Assembly (NCBI GenBank): GCA_036500345.1
Contig: DASYCE010000027.1
Span: 8,855-72,854, forward strand
DNA length: 64,000 nt
Source of the DNA: Gemmatimonadales bacterium
Lineage (GTDB): Bacteria > Gemmatimonadota > Gemmatimonadetes > Gemmatimonadales > GWC2-71-9
Reading direction: 5' to 3'
Shown here: in pieces, positions 47,693 to 59,102 of the stretch
How positions within the stretch are numbered: position 1 is the stretch's first letter
How the letters are laid out: each line of letters begins with the position of its first letter
Program-made: the position numbers and the translations under genes
The notes under the pieces: model-generated
Database searches by the model: none
Seen by the model: only the letters and a program-made list of their open reading frames with translations
What the model was told of the DNA's origin: nothing

Positions 47693-47723
47693 TGGTTTCG
47701 GTGGACGTCAGAATCGAGTCAGG

Positions 47724-48164
47724 TCACACCCGCATGTAATCTGCCCGCCACGCCTTGACCATCTGCTTGATGGCATCCTGGTCGTGAATGCGCTGGTCGA
47801 GCACCGACCGCGCCAGTTCGGGAAGCTCGGCGTCCGACGCGAAGCGGAGTGCGATGAATTGATCGCGAGTGAATTCGGGGATCCGGTTGCGCAGGTCGTC
47901 CGGCAGCAACCGCTCGAATCGCAGCTGCTCTTCGAGGCGAATGACCCGGTCCTGCACCGTTGTCGCAAACCGGCGGGCGGTGAGAAAGAGGATCACCAGC
48001 GCCAGCGCGACCGCGACGCCGACGATGTTGTCGAGGATCGGATAGCGGATCGCCATCACGATCGAGTAGAGCAGGTTGAGATAGAAGATCGGCCCCGCCA
48101 CGAAATGGAAGAGCGGGATGTACCGCGCATGATTCTTCAGGTCCTGCGAGAGAGGATGGCTCAT
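47724..48164 (-). CDS. Small two-TM membrane protein, unknown function
   Basis: Start MSHPLSQDLKNHARYIPLFHF. Two TM helices are followed by a ~80-aa charged helical tail. The ATG lies 3 nt after the upstream stop. The ORF-track extension to 48347 is rejected. Confidence 0.6.
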   Translation of the reverse strand: MSHPLSQDLKNHARYIPLFHFVAGPIFYLNLLYSIVMAIRYPILDNIVGVAVALALVILFLTARRFATTVQDRVIRLEEQLRFERLLPDDLRNRIPEFTRDQFIALRFASDAELPELARSVLDQRIHDQDAIKQMVKAWRADYMRV

Positions 48165-48166
48165 CG

Positions 48167-48836
48167 TCAGCTCGCCGGGAAGTAGTGGCAGCCCACCTGC
48201 TGCGCCTGCAGCACGGCGAAGAAGCCGGACGGTTGCAGAATGACGCCCGGGACGAGCATGTCGATCGCCTTCTTGCGTGCGTCGTCGGCGGAGAGCTTGT
48301 CGGCCTTCTGCAGCATCGCGACCATCCCGCCAAAGGCCAGATTGCACGCCAGCACGATCCCGCCGGCAGCCACAAACGCCGGAATGTTGTAGTCAGCCAT
48401 CGACGCCGGTGCGCCGGCCTGGACGCCGCTCACCGGATTGACCGTGGACCACTTCTTCGTCCTGGGATCCTTGATCTTGTTTTCCTTGCCACACTTGAAT
48501 CGTTCCCAGAAGGCGTCGTTCATCACCAGCGGAATCCCCTCGTGGCGGAAGACGACGATTGCAGTCAGGTCCTTGGCGTCGCCGCCGTAGACCTCCTGGT
48601 ACTCCTTGCGCCACGCCTGCGCCCGGAAGATCGCTGCCCCTTCGGACAGGCCGGGCGAATCGAAGACCGCCCGCATCCTGCCCGTGGCGCGATCGGTCCA
48701 GCTCATGTCCCATTTGGTGCTGACCGGACGCGGGATCGAATCGCGCGTCGCCCGGGCGGGAAACGGTATGCCGGCCGCGGCGGCAGCGCCACCAGCGCCG
48801 AGCCAGCTGAGGAAATCGCGGCGGGGTGTGGTCATC
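48167..48836 (-). CDS. Tat-signal exported protein, DsrE/DsrF-like (COG1416-like) fold suspected
   Basis: Twin-arginine signal MTTPRRDFLSWLGAGGAAAAAG. Blocks IVVFRHEGIPL, GGIVLACNLAF and VILQPSGFFAVLQAQQVGCHY resemble DsrE-like proteins. Only the 3' 222 codons of the 776-aa ORF-track entry are accepted. Confidence 0.6.
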
Positions 48837-48897
48837 GGGATCTCGGTGGCTGGAGGGTAAGAATCTCCTCCAAGTATATCGTGTCGCGAGACCGGCC

Positions 48898-50031
48898 TCA
48901 CCCCCGCCGATACTGCAGCGCCTCGTCGAGGTAGGGGTCGCCGGCGGGGAGCGCAGCCAGCGGCCTGGCACGCACCGCAGCCACGGCGATCAGCGCGCCG
49001 GCCACCGCAATCACCGCCGCGACGTCTACCAGGCGGAGCTGGAGGGTCGGACTTGTCGCCGGGCGGATCATCCAGAAGATCTCCGCCAGGTAGACCACGA
49101 CGATCCAGACCGCGAGCGCAACCAGCGCCCGGGGGCTTCGCTTGATCCGGCGAAGTAGCAGGAGGACGAACGGGACCGCAAAGAGCCCGATGAACGTCGC
49201 CGCCGCGAGGACGTTCCAGCCGCCTTCGACGCGGGTACGGTACCACGCCGCCTCGACCGGAATATCTGCGATCCAGATGATGAGAAACTGCGAGAATGCG
49301 AAGTAGGCCCAGAGGATCACGAACGTGAAGAGCAGCGTCGCCAGCGCACTGCCCTGATCGGCGGTGATTGCCCGCCGCCATCCGCGCGATCCGGAAACGG
49401 GAGCGAAGGCGAGAATGATCATCACCGCGAGGGCCGCGACAATTCCGCCGACCAGGAGGAGCGCTCCGTAGATCGTGGAATACCAGCTCGGCTCCAGTGA
49501 CATCGTCCAATCGAACGCCGCGAAGGTCCCCGAAATGATCGTCACGAACAAACCGACGGTGCTCAGCCGGCGGAGCGCAGCGGTCGACCGGACGATTCCC
49601 GTCGCGGGCGCGCGGTCCTGATAGAGCGCCCACCCACGCAGCCGCTCCGCGATCCATACCCAGAGGATCAGATAGATCGCGGTGCGTACCGTGAAGAAGC
49701 CCGGAGAAAGCCAGATGGCGCGATGCGCGCTCGTGGCGCCGTGCGTCCAGGGATAGAGCCACCGGATTCCCACAATCAGCGGTATTCCCAGGATGGCAAG
49801 CACCGGAAACGGTGCGACGATCATCAAGGCGATGCGGCGCAGGACCACGAACCAACGCGCGCCGACCAGGTGGCTCATCATGATCTGCAGTGCGGCGCCG
49901 AGCATGATCGTGGCTGCGCACACGAACGCGACGAGATACGCCGACATCGCAGCCCGCGGGTCGGCCACGAATTCGACCACCCAGAGGAGTGCGCCGAGAA
50001 TCGCGATCACCGCGGCGACGGGCGCAATCAT
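48898..50031 (-). CDS. actF: Alternative complex III subunit ActF (polytopic membrane subunit)
   Basis: 377 aa with ~10 TM helices. It sits directly after actE (ATGA overlap), the canonical ActF position. Confidence 0.75.
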   Translation of the reverse strand: MIAPVAAVIAILGALLWVVEFVADPRAAMSAYLVAFVCAATIMLGAALQIMMSHLVGARWFVVLRRIALMIVAPFPVLAILGIPLIVGIRWLYPWTHGATSAHRAIWLSPGFFTVRTAIYLILWVWIAERLRGWALYQDRAPATGIVRSTAALRRLSTVGLFVTIISGTFAAFDWTMSLEPSWYSTIYGALLLVGGIVAALAVMIILAFAPVSGSRGWRRAITADQGSALATLLFTFVILWAYFAFSQFLIIWIADIPVEAAWYRTRVEGGWNVLAAATFIGLFAVPFVLLLLRRIKRSPRALVALAVWIVVVYLAEIFWMIRPATSPTLQLRLVDVAAVIAVAGALIAVAAVRARPLAALPAGDPYLDEALQYRRG

Positions 50032-50540
50032 CGGACGGTCGCCGCCGCCGCGCGCAGCTGCAAGGTCGAGAGATACGCGAGTACGGCACGGCGATCGCTG
50101 TGATCGAGCGCGTCACCGAATGCGGGCATCGGTCCGTATCCGCTGCTGATGATCGAGTCGAGCCGGTCCGCGGGCAACGACCGGATCGCTGCGGTGAGCA
50201 GCGACGGTGGTCGAGGGGGATCCATGTTCGACGCCACGACACTGACGCCGTCACCCCGCTCGCCATGACACACGGCACAGTAGATGGCGAACCTCGCGTG
50301 CCCACGCGCGGTGTCGACCGCGGCGGTGCTTGAATCGACGGCCCACGCCACGGTGCCCGCTGGCGCCAGCTGCATCGCCTTGCCGTCGCGGAAGAAGCCG
50401 CTGGCGCCGTAACTCTCGGCCCTCGGCATGGTGCGCATCCGGTTCCAGTCCCAGCCGCTTCCCATCGGCTTCGCGCAGTCGCACGCCGCCACGGCAATCA
50501 GCGCTGCCCGCAGAGTTCGCCAGCAACGTGCCGTGTGCAT
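50028..50540 (-). CDS. actE: Alternative complex III subunit ActE (monoheme cytochrome c)
   Basis: Single CAVCH heme motif. Membrane/lipid anchor-like N-terminus. Its start shares 1 nt with the actD stop. Confidence 0.8.
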   Translation of the reverse strand: MHTARCWRTLRAALIAVAACDCAKPMGSGWDWNRMRTMPRAESYGASGFFRDGKAMQLAPAGTVAWAVDSSTAAVDTARGHARFAIYCAVCHGERGDGVSVVASNMDPPRPPSLLTAAIRSLPADRLDSIISSGYGPMPAFGDALDHSDRRAVLAYLSTLQLRAAAATVR

Positions 50541-51076
50541 CAGAGCATCGCCTCGCTGACGCGGCGGGCGCCGGCGGATCGGAGCAGCTCGCTGGCGCGT
50601 TCGGCGATCGCATCATCCGGAGCCGGCACGGTGAGCCAGAAACGGGTCGTCGACACCTGTTCGAATCCATCGACTTCATCGATCGGCGCCCAGAGACGCG
50701 GAAACCGGAGGATCAGGAACCATCCGATGAACACCGCGAGCGCCGCGCCGAGAATGGTCGCCTCGAACGTGACGGGGATGAAACCGGGGAGCGGGTGACG
50801 TGGCCGGCCACCGATATCGACCGGGTAGGCGCCGCCGGTGGACCACCACTGGATGGCGAGACCGCACAGACCTCCGGCGACACCGCCGGCAAGGGCGATC
50901 GCGGCGATCGGCGGTCGGTGCGGCGCGGCGACCGGATCGACCGCGGGCAGATCCCACGGTCCGTACGTTGTGACCCCCTGACATCCTGCGTCCGCGATGT
51001 GACGTGCCGCATCGACCATCTTCTGATCCTCGTCGAACTCGGCGATCACGTGGCGCGCGGGGGGACGCGTGGTCAT
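50540..51076 (-). CDS. actD: Alternative complex III subunit ActD (DUF3341-like membrane protein)
   Basis: Start MTTRPPARHVIAEFDEDQKMVDAARHI. Two TM helices. The ATG overlaps the actC stop (ATGA). Confidence 0.8.
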   Translation of the reverse strand: MTTRPPARHVIAEFDEDQKMVDAARHIADAGCQGVTTYGPWDLPAVDPVAAPHRPPIAAIALAGGVAGGLCGLAIQWWSTGGAYPVDIGGRPRHPLPGFIPVTFEATILGAALAVFIGWFLILRFPRLWAPIDEVDGFEQVSTTRFWLTVPAPDDAIAERASELLRSAGARRVSEAML

Positions 51077-52478
51077 CGCACCGCCCCGGTGGGCGATGGT
51101 CGATGTTGCAGCTCCTGCATCTCGCTCACCGGAATCGCCGGGACCCAACGCAGGAATGTCAGGAAGAGGAGGGCGAAGAGCCCGATACTGCCGAGCAGCA
51201 GTCCCCAGTCAACGAGCGTCGGCGCGTACGCATGCCAGCTCGACGGGAGGAACGACCGGTTCAACGAGCCGGCAATGATGATGAAGCGCTCACACCACAT
51301 CCCGGCCCAGATCACGACGCCCGCGGCAAAAAGCACTCGTGGATCGCGCCGCAGACGCTTCGACCAGAAGAGATGCGGCGTAACGACATTGGCCGCGATC
51401 ATCGCCCAGTAGATCACTGCGTACGGTCCGGCTGGCCTCGCGACTAGCATGGCGTAGATCTCGAACCGATCGCCGCTGTACCAGGAGATGAACGCTTCGC
51501 AGAGATACGAGTACGTCACCAGCAGGCCGGTCGCGAGGAGCAGGATCGCGATCAATTCGAGGTGACGCGGCGTGATCAGCCGCTCGAAGCGGAAGATGCG
51601 ACGCACCGGAATCACCAGCATCAGCACCATCGCGAAGCCGGAATAGATCGCGCCGACGACGAAATACGGCGGGAAGATCGTCGAATGCCATCCGGGGACC
51701 TGCGCGATCGAGAAATCGAGCGACACGATGCTGTGCACCGACACGACCAATGGCGTGGCAAGCCCAGCCAGGAGCAGGTATCCGAGGCGGTACGATCGCC
51801 ATTCGCGGGCGCCTCCGCGCCAGCCGAGCGCGAAAACGCCGTAGATCCGGCGGCGCCACCGTTCCGGTGCCAGGTCGCGGGCCGCCGCGAGATCGGGGAC
51901 GAGTCCCATGTACCAGAAGAGCAGCGAGACGGTGAAGTATGTCGAGATCGCCACCACGTCCCACGGCAGCGACGACAGGTAGTTGGGCCAGACTCCGGTG
52001 GTCGCCGGGTACGGTGCCAGCCAGTAGAAGAGCCACGGCCGACCGAGATGCAGGATGGGAAAGAGCATCGCGTTCACCAGGGCGAAGAGCGTCATCGCCT
52101 CGGCGAGGCGATTGATCGATGCGCGCCAGTGCTGGTTGAGCAGCAGCAGGAAGGCCGAGATGAACGTTCCGGCGTGCCCGATCCCGATCCACCAGACGAA
52201 ATCGGTGATCCCGTATGCCCACGCCGTCGGGATATTGTTTCCCCAGCTGCCGATTCCTCGCACCACGGTGATTCCCGCGGAAACAACGAAGATCACGGTG
52301 AACACCGCGCTCACCGCGAAAAGCGGCCGCCACCCGGCGCGCGGTGTCCAGAGCGGCGTGAGCACCCGCGTGATGACCGGCTCGTCTGGGTGGATGATCG
52401 GGCCATCCGCCGCCTCGATGATCCTGCGTGCTTCGGCGCGCGCGGCTGCGCGATCGTCGCTGTCGAGCACGGCGACGG

Positions 52479-52482
<4 letters not shown>
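51073..52482 (-). CDS. actC: Alternative complex III subunit ActC (NrfD/PsrC-like quinol-interacting membrane subunit)
   Basis: 469 aa, polytopic. Contains a NrfD-like block WAYGITDFVWWIGIGHAGTFISAFLLL. GTG 52482 overlaps the actB stop (GTGA). Confidence 0.85.
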
Positions 52483-55276
<2,794 letters not shown>

Positions 55277-55289
<13 letters not shown>

Positions 55290-55915
55290 GTGGAGCAATT
55301 GGTCAGCGAGTGAACCTGGTAGGTCCGCATCAGCGCCTCGCCCTGTCGCGGACCCGTCCATCCCATTGCCGTCACGGTTGCGAGTGGGCGAATCGACGCG
55401 GCAGGATTGCGATGACAATCGACACACCAACTCATCGTGAGCGATCGCGCCTGCGACACGACCGCCATTCGATCGATCCGGCCGTGGCATGTTTCGCACG
55501 CGACGCCGTGGCCGACGTGCGCGGCATGGTCGAAGTAGACGAACGCCGGCAATTGCGTCACCCGGCGCCACGGAATCGGGCGGCTGGTCGCCAGGCTGCG
55601 GCGTACCGGCGTGAAGACGCTGGAAGCAAACGTCGCGTCGTTGTGGCAGCTCACGCAGAGCTCGGTCGACGGCAGCCCCGCCTGCTGGGATCGCTCGACC
55701 TCCCGATGGCAGAACCGGCAGTCGATGTGAAGCGCCGTCACGTGCAGCGGATGGCTGAATGGAATCGGCTGCGTGATCTGTCGATGCTCACCGCGCGCCC
55801 ACGGGGTCCGGACCCACGCCATCGCCACAAGCGGGATGACCACCACTGTCGCCACGAGCAACGTGAGGACTCCCCTGGCAACCGGCGTGGCGCGGGGTGT
55901 GAAGATCGCCGGCAC
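55277..55915 (-). CDS. actA: Alternative complex III subunit ActA (pentaheme cytochrome c)
   Basis: Five CXXCH motifs: CRFCH, CVSCH, CETCH, CVDCH, CSTCH. N-terminal TM helix. GTG 55915 lies 1 nt after the ctaC stop. The ORF-track extension to 56248 is rejected. Confidence 0.85.
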
Positions 55916-55916
55916 G

Positions 55917-56945
55917 TCAGCGCAATCCTTCGAGATACGCCGCGACGGCGCGGAGCTGGCCTCCGCTGAAGACCCGCATCGACGGCATCGCCACGCCGGG
56001 CTTGAGTGACTGCGCGTTGGCGATCCACGCCTCCATCGTGCCGATGTTGTTCGGCAATTCGCCCGCGGCCAGCATGCGGCGCGAACCGATATGGGTGAGA
56101 TCCGGGCCGATCGCGCCTGACGCACTCGTGCCGCGGATCGTGTGACAGGTCGCGCACGGACCGTTGACGACAAGCTGCTGCGCCACCAGTCTCGCCGAAT
56201 CGCTCGGCATCGCGGCCGGCGCCTCCTCGCTCGCAATCCAGTTCGCAAACGAATCGGCCGGCTCGGCCACCACGACGAACGCCATGTGGGCGTGCTGCAC
56301 GCCGCAGAACTCGGCGCACTGGCCGCGATAGGCGCCGGAATGCAGCGCGGTAAACCGGATCTCGGTGGTGTCCCCCGGGATCAGGTCGATCTTCCCCTGG
56401 AGCTGGGGGACCCAGAAGGTGTGGATCACGTCGTCGGTGGTGAGGATGATCCGCACCGGAGCGCCAACCGGCACGTGAATCTCGTTGGCGCTGTGCATCG
56501 CCCGCCCGGACGACGCGTCGATCCACGACACATCCCACCACCATTGATGCGCGGTGACGTGGTAGGTCACCGCGCGGCGCGATATCGTAGCGGGGTAGCG
56601 GTGCATCGCGGTCAGCGTGAGGACGAAGAGTGCCACGAGGACCACTCCCGGTATGATCGCCCCGTACCAGACGATCATCCGTTCGCTCGGTGCGCTCAGA
56701 TCGACCGATGACGCGCTCCGGTCGCGGTGTCGCGAGATCGCCGCGACCATTGCCGCGCAGACGACGGCGTAGATCACTGCCGACGCGCCGACCAGCCACC
56801 AGGTGATCGAAGCGATCATGCCGCTTTCGTGGCTCGCGGGATCGAGCGCCGACATCACGCCGTGACACCCGGTGAGCGTAACCGTGACTGCACTCGCTCG
56901 AATGACGGCGGCAACCCGCGACCGGAGAGGCGATGAGGAGCGCAT
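55917..56945 (-). CDS. ctaC: Cytochrome c oxidase subunit II with a fused C-terminal cytochrome c (caa3-type)
   Basis: CuA site CAEFCGVQHAHM. Cupredoxin block HTFWVPQL. C-terminal heme motif CATCH. Lipobox LTGC. Confidence 0.9.
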   Translation of the reverse strand: MRSSSPLRSRVAAVIRASAVTVTLTGCHGVMSALDPASHESGMIASITWWLVGASAVIYAVVCAAMVAAISRHRDRSASSVDLSAPSERMIVWYGAIIPGVVLVALFVLTLTAMHRYPATISRRAVTYHVTAHQWWWDVSWIDASSGRAMHSANEIHVPVGAPVRIILTTDDVIHTFWVPQLQGKIDLIPGDTTEIRFTALHSGAYRGQCAEFCGVQHAHMAFVVVAEPADSFANWIASEEAPAAMPSDSARLVAQQLVVNGPCATCHTIRGTSASGAIGPDLTHIGSRRMLAAGELPNNIGTMEAWIANAQSLKPGVAMPSMRVFSGGQLRAVAAYLEGLR

Positions 56946-56948
56946 CGT

Positions 56949-57302
56949 TCAGCGGAGGGTATAGATGTAGGCCGCGATGTCGCGCGCGGTCGGCTCATCG
57001 ATGCCGAGATTCGGCATCGCGGTTCCTGGCGAAACCGACTGCGGGTCGCGAAGCCAGTGGACCAGATTGGTCATGGTGTTCGGGACGTGGCCGGCGATGA
57101 TCGCCTGCTCGCGAAACCGTGCGAGCATCGGCCCCACGCGGCCATCGGCGCCCGCAACGCCCGGAATCACGTGACACGCGCCGCAACCGTAACGTGCCAC
57201 GTCGACCCGTCCGCGGCCCGCATCGCCGGCGAGTGACGACGTCGTCGGTGGCCGCGAGCACCCCATGGCCAGAACCAGCAGCACCGCGATGGAGCGCTTC
57301 AT
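56949..57302 (-). CDS. Class I cytochrome c lipoprotein
   Basis: Start MKRSIAVLLVLAMGC. Heme motif CGACH with a downstream Met (GTAMPN). The ATG overlaps the ctaG stop. The ORF-track extension to 57827 is rejected. Confidence 0.75.
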   Translation of the reverse strand: MKRSIAVLLVLAMGCSRPPTTSSLAGDAGRGRVDVARYGCGACHVIPGVAGADGRVGPMLARFREQAIIAGHVPNTMTNLVHWLRDPQSVSPGTAMPNLGIDEPTARDIAAYIYTLR

Positions 57303-58102
57303 CCGGGCACCTCGCTCGGCATCATCTGCGGGGCGGCAGCCACCGGACCGCGGATCCAGTTGCGGAAGAAGACGCACCCCGCGATGGCGTAGATCAGCCC
57401 GGCGGGGACCCACATCAGCAATCCCGCGAGCTGCTGGTCTGCGAGCGCCGCTGCGGTGCCGCGCAACCCTTCCTGCATCGGATACCAGACGCGCGTCGAT
57501 CCGGCGAGCAACGCGCCGAGCGCACCGCTCTGCATTGCGGTGGCGAGCATGAGGAGCACGGCGATTCCGGCGCCGGCGCGCCGCCCGCTCCGCGGGTGCA
57601 TGGCACAGTGCCAGAGGAGCAGCGCGGTTCCGAGGAGCGTCACGTGCTCGCCGGCGTGCACTGCAGGGTGCTGCAGCGCCAGTTGATACCATCGCGGCAA
57701 GTGCCAGAGCCAGAGCGTGGCAGAGTGCGCGAGCCAAGCGACGAGTGGTGTCGTCACGCCGAGCCACGCGCGCCGCAGCGCCATCGGAATCCGGTCGACC
57801 CGCCACACCACGCCACGCACGGCCCACGCCAGCGCCGCGCCCGGCTTGCCGAGGATCAGCAGCGGTGGCACGACGGCGACCAGCAGGATGTGCTGCGTCA
57901 TGTGCATCGAGAATCGCGCGTCACTCACTGCGTCAAACGGCTGGCAGAACGCCGCGATCAGGATGCCGCTTGCTGCGGCGAACGACAGTGCACGCCACCG
58001 CGCAATGCCATGCCCGGTCCCCGCGGCGTGCCAGAGACGTCGCACCCCCACCAGGTACGGCGTGACAACGACGGCGAGAACCAGCCAGACCGCGGCGTTC
58101 AC
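57299..58102 (-). CDS. ctaG: Cytochrome c oxidase assembly factor, caa3-type CtaG family membrane protein
   Basis: 267 aa, polytopic. The HMTQHILLVAVVPPLLILG block is typical of Caa3_CtaG. GTG 58102 overlaps the upstream stop (GTGA). Confidence 0.7.
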   Translation of the reverse strand: MNAAVWLVLAVVVTPYLVGVRRLWHAAGTGHGIARWRALSFAAASGILIAAFCQPFDAVSDARFSMHMTQHILLVAVVPPLLILGKPGAALAWAVRGVVWRVDRIPMALRRAWLGVTTPLVAWLAHSATLWLWHLPRWYQLALQHPAVHAGEHVTLLGTALLLWHCAMHPRSGRRAGAGIAVLLMLATAMQSGALGALLAGSTRVWYPMQEGLRGTAAALADQQLAGLLMWVPAGLIYAIAGCVFFRNWIRGPVAAAPQMMPSEVPG

Positions 58103-58497
58103 CGCACCCCCGCGCAGCCGCGGGTGATGATCGCCGGAAGCACGAAGAAGACCGTGCCGAGAAGGAAGAGGACACTCGCCATCATCCCTCCCAGCGCCAT
58201 GAACCGGGTTCGGCCGACAGACGCGTCCCGGCTGTCGGCAGCATCGACCATCGTATCGGCACGGCGCGGCACGGTGCGCTGCACATTGTCGTACGCGACC
58301 GCGACACCGATGGCGCCGAGGATGATCATCGCAACGGTGATCGGCAGGACGGCGGCGGCCGCATGCCCCGCCGGCGGCTGGCAGGCGCGACCCGCGAAGC
58401 CGTATCCCGCGTACTCGGCGACCGCCCACGCGGCCGGTGCGGCCGCAACGCCAAACCAGAGGCGGGTCGTCGACGGGAGCGGCATCGTCGTGGTCAT
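58099..58497 (-). CDS. Small membrane protein in the position of oxidase subunit IV (unassigned)
   Basis: 132 aa with three hydrophobic segments. ATG 58497 overlaps the ctaE stop (ATGA). No diagnostic motif. Confidence 0.5.
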   Translation of the reverse strand: MTTTMPLPSTTRLWFGVAAAPAAWAVAEYAGYGFAGRACQPPAGHAAAAVLPITVAMIILGAIGVAVAYDNVQRTVPRRADTMVDAADSRDASVGRTRFMALGGMMASVLFLLGTVFFVLPAIITRGCAGVR

Positions 58498-59102
58498 GTG
58501 AATCGCGGCGTGAGGTAGAGGGTGGTGAACAACGCCAGCCACACCACATCCACGAAGTGCCAGTACAGCGCCACCACGCTCACACCGCCGAATCCCCGAG
58601 CGCTGAAATGCCCGCGCAGCGCACGCACCAGCGTGTAGCCGATCATCAGCAACCCCGCGAGTACATGCAGGCCGTGCATTCCGGTCATCACATAGAAGAG
58701 CGAGCCGTAGACGTGAGTCTGCGGGAGCACTTCGGCGACTTTCCCGGCCCACTCCGCCGCGAGGAGTCCGACGAAGACGACGCCGAGGAGCAGCGAGAGC
58801 GCCAGTCGGTGCCGGAGGGCACGAACGTCCCCGCGGCGGATCGCCCGTTCTGCTGCTGCCATCACGACGCTGCTCGACACCAGCGTGACGGTCATGATCA
58901 CCGGGATCAGCAGCGACGGCCGCGGAATCCCCGGCGGTGGCCAGGTCGGAGCGCGGGTCGCCAGATACGCATACGCGGTGATCAGATAGGCGAAAAAGGA
59001 CGCCTCGGTACCGCATACGCACGCCATCGCCCACCAGCCGGTGTCGCGTCCGGTTCGCGCGATGCGCAGGAACGCATCGTCGTCGATCGGCACGGCGGTC
59101 AT
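58494..59102 (-). CDS. ctaE: Cytochrome c oxidase subunit III
   Basis: Blocks FFAYLITAY, YGSLFYVMTGMHGLHVLAG and YWHFVDVVWL are typical of subunit III. ATG 59102 overlaps the ctaD stop. Confidence 0.85.
   Translation of the reverse strand: MTAVPIDDDAFLRIARTGRDTGWWAMACVCGTEASFFAYLITAYAYLATRAPTWPPPGIPRPSLLIPVIMTVTLVSSSVVMAAAERAIRRGDVRALRHRLALSLLLGVVFVGLLAAEWAGKVAEVLPQTHVYGSLFYVMTGMHGLHVLAGLLMIGYTLVRALRGHFSARGFGGVSVVALYWHFVDVVWLALFTTLYLTPRFT

Noticed and set aside
48837-50497. Upstream 553 residues of the 776-aa ORF 48167-50497
   Set aside because: It overlaps actF and actE in another frame. Only the last 222 codons, starting with a Tat signal, look like a real protein.
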